DNA from: Azolla caroliniana
Lineage: Eukaryota; Plantae; Polypodiophyta
Assembly (NCBI GenBank): GCA_043228905.1
Contig: JBHGNT010001484.1
Location: forward strand, 1 to 7,571
DNA length: 7,571 nt
Reading direction: 5' to 3'
In this document: positions 1 through 7,571 of the stretch, in pieces
Layout: each line of letters starts with the position of its first letter
Numbering within the stretch: the stretch's first letter is position 1
Made by a program: the position numbers and the translations under genes
The notes under the pieces: model-generated
Databases searched by the model: none
The model's input: only the letters and a program-made list of their open reading frames with translations
Told to the model about the DNA's origin: nothing

Positions 1-125
1 ATACTATGATATCAACGTTATCGACGTGTTTTGCGTTTTAAATAATACAAGTCAAATATTATAAACAAAAACTTATTAAATAAAAGGAATAAACAAACAC
101 TTCAATAGTCAATGAACAATGATAC

Positions 126-236
126 CTCTTTTACGCCAATTGGTAGCCAATGTAGCGAGAAGCTCCAGTGAACATGGAAAGTTGTGGCCAAAAAGCTTCC
201 ATAAAGATGATCTCGGATATGAGAAGCATGATAAAG
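126..236 (-). CDS. Possible internal exon of an unidentified host gene (111 nt)
   Basis: On the minus strand it is bounded by a pyrimidine-rich acceptor (gggtttctttgtAG|CTTTAT) and a donor (AAAGAG|GTatca). Length is a multiple of 3. GC is about 42% (47/111) next to a very T-rich (minus strand) intron-like flank at 40-120. Two of three frames are stop-free (LYHASHIRDHLYGSFLATTFHVHWSFSLHWLPIGVKE or LSCFSYPRSSLWKLFGHNFPCSLELLATLATNWRKR). No protein family recognised. Confidence 0.3.
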
Positions 237-573
237 CTACAAAGAAACCCTAATTATACCAACATTATATCAATGTAAATCTTTGTAAAGCCCATTCGGA
301 ATAAACTTCATTGTCCAATAGTTGGTGAAATGAATCAAATCCAAAATTGTAGGATATAAAAGTATTTAACTTGGGAGACATGAACCTTGATACCCTCTTC
401 AATTGTCAGCGACAAAGAAATCACCTCACTTAATCATATTTATTCAAGAAGGAATTTGAGATAGTTTATGTAAGTTTACGTTGCGTAATACTAATGCAAA
501 TCAATAAAAAAGAATATCATGACCACAATTCTCTGGCAAAAAGTTATAATGAAGTTACTAACGTAGACACTAA

Positions 574-674
<101 letters not shown>

Positions 675-937
675 TACTACCATGTGCACATACCCTCATC
701 ATTTTTATTAAGATGGTTTATACAAAGGATTTTGGGGAGCACCTATCTTGTATGTAAAAGGGGACAAAGACAAATGTGTTCAAGTGTTCTTTGATTTTGG
801 GTCAACCTATGTGAATTATGTAAACACTCTGCCATCTTGGCGTCAAAATACATTGTGACAAACTTATCAAATTTGAGAAATGTACTACAAATTTGACAAG
901 TAATCAAACATTATATGAAACGATAAATACTATATTC

Positions 938-957
938 CACACACACACACACACACA
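938..957. repeat. (CA)10 microsatellite, left flank of the hAT insertion
   Basis: Directly visible; CA-type repeat resumes at 1588 on the other side of the hAT element. Confidence 0.95.
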
Positions 958-959
958 CC

Positions 960-975
960 CAAGAATCGGCAATGG
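960..975 (+). repeat. Left TIR of hAT element
   Basis: CAAGAATCGGCAATGG; inverted match to 1572-1587 and 14/16 direct match to 7519-7534. Confidence 0.8.
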
Positions 976-1053
976 TTTGGTTTAGGTTTAACCGTTTTGG
1001 GGTTCTCAAACCCGAACCAAACAAAACCGATCCCTAAACTGGTTTGGGACTAA

Positions 1054-1452
1054 AAAGCTTTAAGGTGTGAAGAAACCCAAAAAACACCAACACCACTTCT
1101 CCTATTCTTCTCTCCCCCTCGTAACTCCCACCCCTTCAACCTTACCACCGATGAGTCCGAATTCAACTCCAAGTCCCACCTCCACGACTCCCTCTCCGTA
1201 GACTACTATGGTTGGTCGGCCAACGTCCACAAATTTCCCACCTCCCACCACCCGAACCATGAGCCCCAAGGCTATGGCGACCTCTCACTCTTGATGATCC
1301 AATCCTTCTCCAAATTTGACATGCTCCCGTGCCCCCCAACCTCTCTCTCTCTCATTACTCAACGATCGTTTTCTATGGCTTCTTATCAGTCTCTCTCTCA
1401 AGTTCTAACCTCTAGCTGCCTAATTTCTAACTTTCTAAACCTTACTTATTAA
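1054..1452 (+). pseudogene. Stop-free frame inside the hAT element; core ~1120-1330 is a probable captured host coding fragment
   Basis: Frame +1 is open from 1054 to TAA at 1450-1452 with no ATG until 1294. Core peptide RNSHPFNLTTDESEFNSKSHLHDSLSVDYYGWSANVHKFPTSHHPNHEPQGYGDLSLLMIQSFSKFDMLP. In 1123-1320, 43 of 66 codons end in C and 51 of 66 in G/C, in an otherwise AT-rich window. Confidence 0.5.
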
Positions 1453-1571
1453 ATCACATAAACGGTTTGAGCCGGTTTGGCAAGGCTCAAGCCGAGCTCT
1501 AACCGTTTAGGTAGGCTCAAGCCTAAGCTGAGCCGCTAACCTGTTTAAAACCGGTTTAGGCTTGAGCCGAG

Positions 1572-1587
1572 CCGTTGCCGATCCCTA
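1572..1587 (-). repeat. Right TIR of hAT element
   Basis: CCGTTGCCGATCCCTA, reverse complement TAGGGATCGGCAACGG. Confidence 0.82.
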
Positions 1588-1608
1588 CACGCACGCACGC
1601 ACACGCGT

Positions 1609-1702
<94 letters not shown>
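1588..1702. repeat. Compound microsatellite: (CACG)3-like run, then (CA)24 T (TC)22
   Basis: CA run 1610-1657, T1658, TC run 1659-1702; the TC run directly abuts the LINE 3' end. Confidence 0.98.
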
Positions 1703-1705
<3 letters not shown>

Positions 1706-2139
1706 AATAATGGCTTTCATTACGAAAGAAAAAACACCACCATGACTAACTTACAACAAACTATAGAACCCCTTCTATCTAGGGATCTAAAGAAAACTAC
1801 GACACCAAACTCAATGCCACCCTACACACCAATTCAAATGGCGAATATGATGATATGTGCCCTTGCAAAGTTCTCTCTCTTCCTGGTTGAGATTTTGTGA
1901 CTTCTCTAGCACTGTCAATTGCCACAAAAGAAGTCCTTTTAACTTTAGAACATATTTTCTCACCCCAACTTGCGAATAAAAAATGAAGGCATTCCGCATA
2001 TTCCAATTGAACCATAGCCCCCAATACCTCAAGAACTCAAAAATAATTTGAAAATGAGGCATCGGTTCATTGTTCTCCATATGTGCAAAAACCCAACTGA
2101 AGGAAGATAGACTTACTCCTGTTAGAGACATCCACACTA

Positions 2140-2310
2140 AACTGATACACCTCCAAACCATCCTTGCCATCGGGCATGAAATAAATCGATGCCTACTATG
2201 TTCCAATTCCACCGAACAAAAGAAACACAATCCTTTAGTAATGTTTCTTCTTTTTAATGCATCCCCTAATGGTAAAGCTCCAACCATAACTCTCCAAATA
2301 AATACCTTGG
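2140..2310 (-). other. zf-RVT-like zinc-binding region of ORF2
   Basis: KVFIWRVMVGALPLGDALKRRNITKGLCFFCSVELEHSRHRFISCPMARMVW with CX2CX8HX4C at 2174-2227, followed by WFNWNMRNAFIF, the WxxWxxRN motif typical of L1 C-termini. No RNase H domain is evident after it. Confidence 0.88.
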
Positions 2311-3330
2311 CTCGTAGCATCAATCGAGAACACCAACCTGCCTTGATCACATGAAACCACCAAGTAATGGGCTTATGAAAACACTATATCTTTATAACCC
2401 TTTCTTCCAACCACTTATGTTTGTCAATCAACTTGTGATAAGCAACATTTGTTGAGATCATAGTCAATCTCTTATTTCCAACAAACCTCCAATCAAGCTC
2501 TTGAGATCGCCCATCTAAATCAGGAATTGGCTCATGCGAAGACAATATTTGTTGCAACTTATCCCAAATAAAGTTATAACCTTTTGGAATACGAAATGTT
2601 GATCTTATTGTTCGAAAAGCCATTAATCTTCTTTGTGAAACCAACATAGCATCCTTAACTGTTACCAAACCCAATCTAGCCATCCGATTAAATTGAAGGT
2701 TAAGAATGTGTTTACCTTCCCACCTCAACAACCTTGATGTTGCCAAAACCTCCATTTGTAATGAATTGGCACATCCCCTTTCTTGTGGGGGATGCCATTC
2801 CACAAAATCCAACATACTTTGCCAAGATGTCAACAAATGATTAACTATCATAGACCCTGTACATTTGACATCCCTGTTAGAATTAATTACATTCCACCAA
2901 TTCGCTTCAACCTTCATGTTTCCAAGCTTTATTCCATTCTTCTCTACACCATTTCTGTCCAAGGTTGTACACCTTCAAACATGAATAGAATGAAAGTAAA
3001 TCGACGAGCCACCATATGCTCATATAGATTCAATATTGATGCCCCACCAAGACGCTTCGGAGTACAAACATGATCCCATGCCAACCATGACAAGGCACTT
3101 TTCCCTTTTCTTTTCCATAACAACATTTGCATCGAGCGTGACAACATTTCAAGAGCTTTCTTTGACCATGGGAGCAAAGGAAGATAATAAGATACCATAG
3201 AGACCATAATCGATTGGACCACCTTAAGTCGTACATGAAAAGGCCAAAATTGAGACCTCCAATACATAAACTTATCCTCCGACCTTTTGGATACCCACTC
3301 AATAAGTTTCACATGAGAAATTTCCAACCC

Positions 3331-4246
3331 AATTGGATATCCAAGATGACGACAAATCATACCATGATGTACTATCCTTTCTGACCACCCCAACCCCTAA
3401 CACATCTTGTTCTGTACATGAAATGAGGACAGATTTATGTATATTAATTCTCAACCCCGACGCATTTGAAAACAATTCCCACACATCTCTTGTCTTACTA
3501 ATATTTTCCCGATTAGGTGCCAAAAACATAATATGGTCATCTGCGAGAGCTTGAACAATACATGGCTTCCCTGATGGCAACCTTAGTCCAAGCAATTCTT
3601 CCCCCATAGCCATATTGTGTAACTTAACAAGAATAGGATGCATCACAATAGTGAATAGTAAAGGACTTATCGGGCATCCTTGTCTAACTGACCTCTGAAT
3701 AGAAATCGGTTGGGTTACTCCTCCATTAAACATCACATGTGAAACTGAACCCTCCCCTAATGTGTATATCAACTTAGACATACGATCACCAAAACCCATA
3801 TGAGACATCAATTGATTTATAAATGACCAATCCACATTATCATAGGCTTTCTCGATATCCAATTGTAGCAACACTAATTCTTGTTTAGACTCCTTTGCAT
3901 AGTCAATTGCCATTTGAACATTTACAATATTATGTAAAATGTCTCTTTTTGCTAAAAACCCATATTGAGCATTATGAATAATAGAAGGTAAAACCTTATG
4001 CAACCTATTGGCCATCACTTTCGCAAAAATCTTGTGCATTCCCCCCATGAATGAAATAGGCCTCCATTGAGCAAAGGAAGATGGAGAAGGCACCTTCGGC
4101 AAAAGCTTGATCAAACCAATCTTCCAAGAATGAGGCATTTCCCCTGATGTCCACACCTTCTGAAATAAAATCGTAAAAGGCCCCTTTAACTTAATCACAT
4201 ATTTCTTAAAGAGTTCATGTGTTAATCCATCCCACCCATGACTCTT
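3331..4246 (-). other. Non-LTR reverse transcriptase domain of ORF2
   Basis: Motifs KSHGWDGL (KSPGxDG), WRPIS, QYGF, LDIEKAYDNVDW, VRQGCPISPLLF, LADD (3536-3547), SGLRINIHKS and, after the frameshift, RHLGYPI (KYLG-type). Confidence 0.96.
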
Positions 4247-4959
4247 ATCATTAGCAAGATGTGACATGACATGTTCCACCTCATCCTCTGAAATATTAGC
4301 ATCTAATGATTGTGCCACATCATGCGATACATGATTTTTCACTCCATTAAAAAATACATCTCTATCCTTTTTAACATTATCATCGATACACACTTGTACA
4401 TCCAACAATTGTGTATAATATTCTATGCATTTCTTCACAATTTCTTGAGGATCGGAACACATGATACCATTTTCCTCTAACCTTACCACATTATGTCGTG
4501 CATGTGATTCATGAAGGTCATGGAAAAACTTATGTGATTGACAATTAGCATCATCCACTTCTTGTCTTAGACGATGTAGTCTAGCATGTTGATAATTTTT
4601 TGCCGTTAGGTCATGCATCGCAGAAATTAATACCTCTTGATATCCCATCAAGTCTACATCCGTTGGCCAATAAGTTAACAATGAGTTGCATTTATCAAAC
4701 AAATTAACTAGGAGACTTAATTTCTTTCTCCTTTTAAAAGCATGGTGAATTCCATAATATCTAGTTAACCTCTGAACATTTGCAACAAATACTTCCCATG
4801 CTTCATACCCATCAAATTGAACACGATAGGCAAATGCATCAATCAATTGACACATATAGGCATGGAAGACCTCATGATCCAAAAATGATGAATTAAAAAT
4901 CAACGGTGGTTTTCCTAAAAACTCATGAAAACCTCTAATTGAGTGGTGATTGAACTCAA

Positions 4960-5653
4960 AAATTAATGGGAAATGATATGATATAATTGATCCATAAGAC
5001 GCTGAAATATCCAAAATCTCTGGTAAAAAACCTTCGGTATGCATTACATACATTCGATCCAACCTACTCCAAGTATCCTTATATTGAGCCGATTGAAAGG
5101 GATAACCAGGTTCATCTCCCTTGATCCATTTCCATACATCCCTTTACATGACTTCAGTCTCAAAATCTCCCCATTCTTGAGCCTCTGGTCCATCCATAAT
5201 AGAGTGGATAGATGTTGATTGATCTGTCTCACAACAAACATTAAAATCTCCCATCAATAAACCCGGTCTACCATTACCAAGCACTGAGTTTAGAGATCTC
5301 CATAACAACTTTCGTTCTTGTGGAACATTTGATGCATACACACCAACTAACCAAAGAGCTTGCCCTTCATAACATATCTCTACCACAATAAATCTTTCAA
5401 ATTCATCTAAAACAATTACTTTTGGGTGAAATTTATCTCTTATAAACATGACAATCCCAGAATAATCCCCATGAACCTTGCCAGCATAACATAATGTATA
5501 ACCCTTAGAATAACAAATTAAACCAGGATTACGATGATCTTTATGCTCTACTGCACATAAAACATCCCATTGCTCACTTAACAAAATCCTCTAAACCTCA
5601 TGCATTCTAAATCTAGAACACAATCCCTTCACATTCCATGTGGTGATCTTCAT
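4960..5653 (-). other. APE-like (EEP superfamily) endonuclease domain of ORF2
   Basis: Motifs TWNVKGL, AVEHK (QETK equivalent), GVYAS, MGDFNV, SRLDRMY, and SYHFPL where SDHxP is canonical (Tyr codon at 4976-4978 replaces the conserved Asp). Contains two in-frame stops. Confidence 0.93.
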
Positions 5654-7005
5654 ACTTTATTTTTTCCTTTTATTCGAGAAATCTCCTTCTCCTTCACTGC
5701 TAATGTTTCTGCCATATCCTGAAATAAATCCCCTAAGATTGCATATGAATTATTATGGGAATGCAAAACTCCAGACCTCGATGGCTCCTCATGTGAACGA
5801 GGCACCGATTTCCGTTTATTCCAAGGAACATACAAATTACCTTTATTATCAAAAGATAATTTCTTTGGATAGTCCTCTTGACGAGCCCATGGCTTATTCC
5901 GCATGGGATGTGTCGATGTGACCTTCTCCATAGATACATTATGCCCAACATTTTTATTAGACTTCTTCATCTTTCTAGAAACTATTGACCATTGTCCTTC
6001 ATCCTCTAGAGTCTTTCCATTCGTCTCATTCACAATTTGTGGTTCCTTTGTTTGCTCTAAAATTGTCAAATCTTGAATCTGATCATGAGTTGTAGGCTCT
6101 TCATGTACCACTTCCACTACATTATTTTTTTGTTGAGGACATTCAGGCATAAAATGCCCCAACACACCACAGTGGAAACAATGTCCTGCAAATGTACCCC
6201 ATTTAAGCCGAAAATACATAAGTGGCATACCAGAACATGCAATCTGTAAACAACTTGGCCTCTTTATAGCAGTATTCCAAAGAATACACATCCGATATCG
6301 ATTTTGAGCATTAACACTAGGAGGCACCAAGATCTTTCCCAACTTTTCCATCGCTGACCGTAATATTGGCCAAACCACTGAATATGTGCACTCTACCTCA
6401 ACCCATACGGGACACTCTTGCTTTAATATATCTTGGTATTCCACTAGTGGTCTCCACGGAACAATATGAACCAAACTTTTCCCATAAAAAATTGGCAATT
6501 TATTGAGTAATTTCTCTTTATACTCTTGTGATACTAAAACAACGTCATAAAATCCACGAGGACTAACATAAACATCGTGAACACAATCAGCTTGTAAAAT
6601 CCCACGCAACCATTGTTTGACCCTCCAAAGGAAAGGTATCTTTCCCGTGAAAAACAATATGACCCCTTTATCACAAAAATTAGCAAATGAGCCCAAAAAC
6701 TCCTTATTGTCTATTTCTACCTTAGCCACTTCATCGTCAACAAACTCCTCAGCAACTTTCACATTCTCCCTTATACAATCTTCCATAAATATATTTGCCA
6801 TGCATCTTAAATGTTCCCAATGACTATCATCTTTCTCAATATCATTTTGTCGCATTGCATCGGCATAAGACATGTTATTACTATTATCTCCAATACATCG
6901 TTTTCTTTTACCATCCCCTCTTGGGCTTAATACTGACTCAACCATGCACGCATCCTTTGAAGAATTTGGAGACTCATCCATATTCATGAAAACACTACCA
7001 TCCAT
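5650..7005 (-). CDS. LINE ORF1 protein (nucleic-acid binding; DUF4283/RRM-like region plus CCHC zinc knuckle)
   Basis: Uninterrupted frame open from ~7071; first ATG at 7005 (the ORF track starts at TTG 7062). Plant-L1 ORF1-like motifs GFYDVVL, IVPW, CPVWVEV, LGKIL and knuckle CFHCGVLGHFMPEC (CX2CX4HX4C, 6139-6180). Lies immediately upstream of ORF2. Confidence 0.88.
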   Translation of the reverse strand: MDGSVFMNMDESPNSSKDACMVESVLSPRGDGKRKRCIGDNSNNMSYADAMRQNDIEKDDSHWEHLRCMANIFMEDCIRENVKVAEEFVDDEVAKVEIDNKEFLGSFANFCDKGVILFFTGKIPFLWRVKQWLRGILQADCVHDVYVSPRGFYDVVLVSQEYKEKLLNKLPIFYGKSLVHIVPWRPLVEYQDILKQECPVWVEVECTYSVVWPILRSAMEKLGKILVPPSVNAQNRYRMCILWNTAIKRPSCLQIACSGMPLMYFRLKWGTFAGHCFHCGVLGHFMPECPQQKNNVVEVVHEEPTTHDQIQDLTILEQTKEPQIVNETNGKTLEDEGQWSIVSRKMKKSNKNVGHNVSMEKVTSTHPMRNKPWARQEDYPKKLSFDNKGNLYVPWNKRKSVPRSHEEPSRSGVLHSHNNSYAILGDLFQDMAETLAVKEKEISRIKGKNKV

Positions 7006-7271
7006 ATGACAAGAAATAGGAGAGAGCTCACTTACAAGTAATTGTGTTGGAGAAGGAATCAAAGCAAGTGATCATGAGATGCATGCAATCGAATGGATTT
7101 TTTTACTCGTAACGTTCTACCAAGAACTCCAAATGATACGTGCAGATACTCTTTAGAAAGCTCTATGCACAGGCTTCGAAACGAGCTAAAGAACAAAGGA
7201 AACGGACACCGTAGCAAGAAGATACATCAAAATTAGTGTTTGTCCTTCTCCAACATCTCCGAACTTTGCGT

Positions 7272-7299
7272 TCTCTCTGTCTTTGTCTTTGTCTCTCTC
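7272..7299. repeat. Degenerate (TC)n tract at the LINE 5' junction
   Basis: TCTCTCTGTCTTTGTCTTTGTCTCTCTC, same strand polarity as the (TC)22 at the 3' junction. Confidence 0.75.
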
Positions 7300-7518
7300 A
7301 AAACATACAATTAATATATGTGTGAAAACACTACAATGGCGCCACATTTGAGTGGGGTGTCATCGTTATATGGGTAATGGGACATGTTGAATTGCTAATA
7401 GGTAAGGCAAATACTCCACTTAGGAAGGAATTTCGACTTGCACCAATAAATAAAACTATTGCATTAGTAATCCCTTCAAGTTTCGTACATATGCTCTAAC
7501 TCCATGCCTACCATAGAA

Positions 7519-7571
7519 TAAGGATCGGCAATGGTTCAGTTTAGGCATAGTCGGTTTGGCCTGATCCAAGC
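7519..7571 (+). mobile_element. Left end of a second copy of the same or a related hAT family, cut by the window edge
   Basis: TAAGGATCGGCAATGGTTCAGTTTAGGCATAGTCGGTTTGG aligns without gaps to 960-1000 (CAAGAATCGGCAATGGTTTGGTTTAGGTTTAACCGTTTTGG). The first 16 nt match each TIR of the first element at 14/16. Confidence 0.75.

Larger units (their letters stand above)
960..1587. mobile_element. Non-autonomous hAT (Ac/Ds-like) DNA transposon / MITE, 628 bp
   Basis: Imperfect 16-bp TIRs: CAAGAATCGGCAATGG (960-975) versus reverse complement of 1572-1587, TAGGGATCGGCAACGG (12/16). The TAGGGAT start resembles the maize Ac TIR (C/T)AGGGATGAAA. Dense subterminal AAACGG/AACCG/AGCCG/CGGTT motifs at both ends (AAACGG at 1460-1465). 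Imperfect 8-bp flanking duplication CACACACC (952-959) / CACGCACG (1588-1595), 6/8. No transposase. A related end recurs at 7519. Confidence 0.8.
1811..5653 (-). pseudogene. LINE ORF2 (endonuclease / reverse transcriptase / zinc finger), disrupted, ~1280 codons
   Basis: Reconstructed from ATG at 5653 (MKITTWNVKGL) through ORF-track pieces 5144-5584, 3299-5062, 2944-3393, 2384-2962 and 1811-2350. Lesions: in-frame TAG 5591-5593, in-frame TAA 5144-5146, frameshift at the G/C run 3394-3397, frameshift near 2945, in-frame TAG 2384-2386 (likely TGG>TAG). Confidence 0.95.
1703..7271 (-). mobile_element. L1-clade non-LTR retrotransposon (plant-type LINE), apparently full-length, inactive
   Basis: Order on the minus strand: ~270-nt 5' UTR, ORF1 with CCHC knuckle, ORF2 with APE endonuclease, RT and zf-RVT, 108-nt 3' UTR. 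No LTRs, integrase or protease. Boundaries are placed at the TC repeats on either side; the 5' boundary is less certain (about +/-30 nt). Confidence 0.93.

Noticed and set aside
1120-1284. Val/Gly-rich minus-strand frame inside the hAT (EVAIALGLMVRVVGGGKFVDVG...)
   Set aside because: This is the expected antisense shadow of NNC-biased plus-strand codons; it is bounded by stops and has no motif.
960-1587. CRISPR-like or regularly spaced repeat array
   Set aside because: The repeats are short, irregular, in both orientations and confined to the termini, as expected for hAT subterminal motifs.
1562-1900. 112-aa ORF with HTHT/SLSL runs
   Set aside because: Spans the hAT TIR, the microsatellite and the antisense of the LINE 3' end; a chance frame across three unrelated features.
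3299-5062. RT as retron, group II intron, DGR, telomerase or other novel RT system
   Set aside because: The N-terminal APE endonuclease, C-terminal zf-RVT and upstream CCHC ORF1 define an L1-type LINE; no msr/msd, intron domain V or TR/VR pair is visible.
1811-5653. Programmed frameshifting or stop readthrough in ORF2
   Set aside because: Five scattered lesions of different kinds plus loss of the SDH aspartate fit neutral decay. The 3394-3397 shift lies in a homopolymer run and could also be a sequencing error.
1797-5951. Alternative-frame minus-strand ORFs (1797-2024, 3030-3302, 5044-5241, 5733-5951)
   Set aside because: Out-of-frame overlaps; the conserved LINE motifs are all in the other frames.
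2070-6989. Short plus-strand ORFs (2070-2354, 2783-3073, 3333-3554, 5640-5921, 6617-6823, 6795-6989)
   Set aside because: Antisense shadows of LINE ORF1/ORF2 with no recognisable motifs.
7331-7350. CTACA-A-TGGCGCC resembling an LTR end plus primer-binding site
   Set aside because: Only about 7 nt of PBS-like match, with no LTR pair and no gag/pol downstream.

Overview
Eukaryotic, most likely land-plant, repeat-rich genomic DNA (inferred from the element architecture); it is not prokaryotic. Most of the window (~1703-7271, minus strand) is an apparently full-length but decayed L1-clade non-LTR retrotransposon (LINE). It has an open ORF1 (DUF4283/RRM-like region plus CCHC knuckle) and a ~1280-codon ORF2 (APE endonuclease, reverse transcriptase, zf-RVT) broken by three premature stops and two frameshifts. 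ORF1 and ORF2 overlap at an ATGA stop/start. The LINE has no poly(A) tail and abuts (TC)n/(GA)n repeat on both sides, suggesting a microsatellite-targeting or (GA)n-tailed plant L1. To its left, a 628-bp non-autonomous hAT (Ac/Ds-like) element sits in the CA arm of the same compound microsatellite and carries a strongly codon-biased, probably captured, gene fragment. The end of a second copy of this hAT family starts at 7519. Two compound (CA)24-N-(TC)22 microsatellites have identical length. A possible 111-nt minus-strand host exon lies at 126-236.
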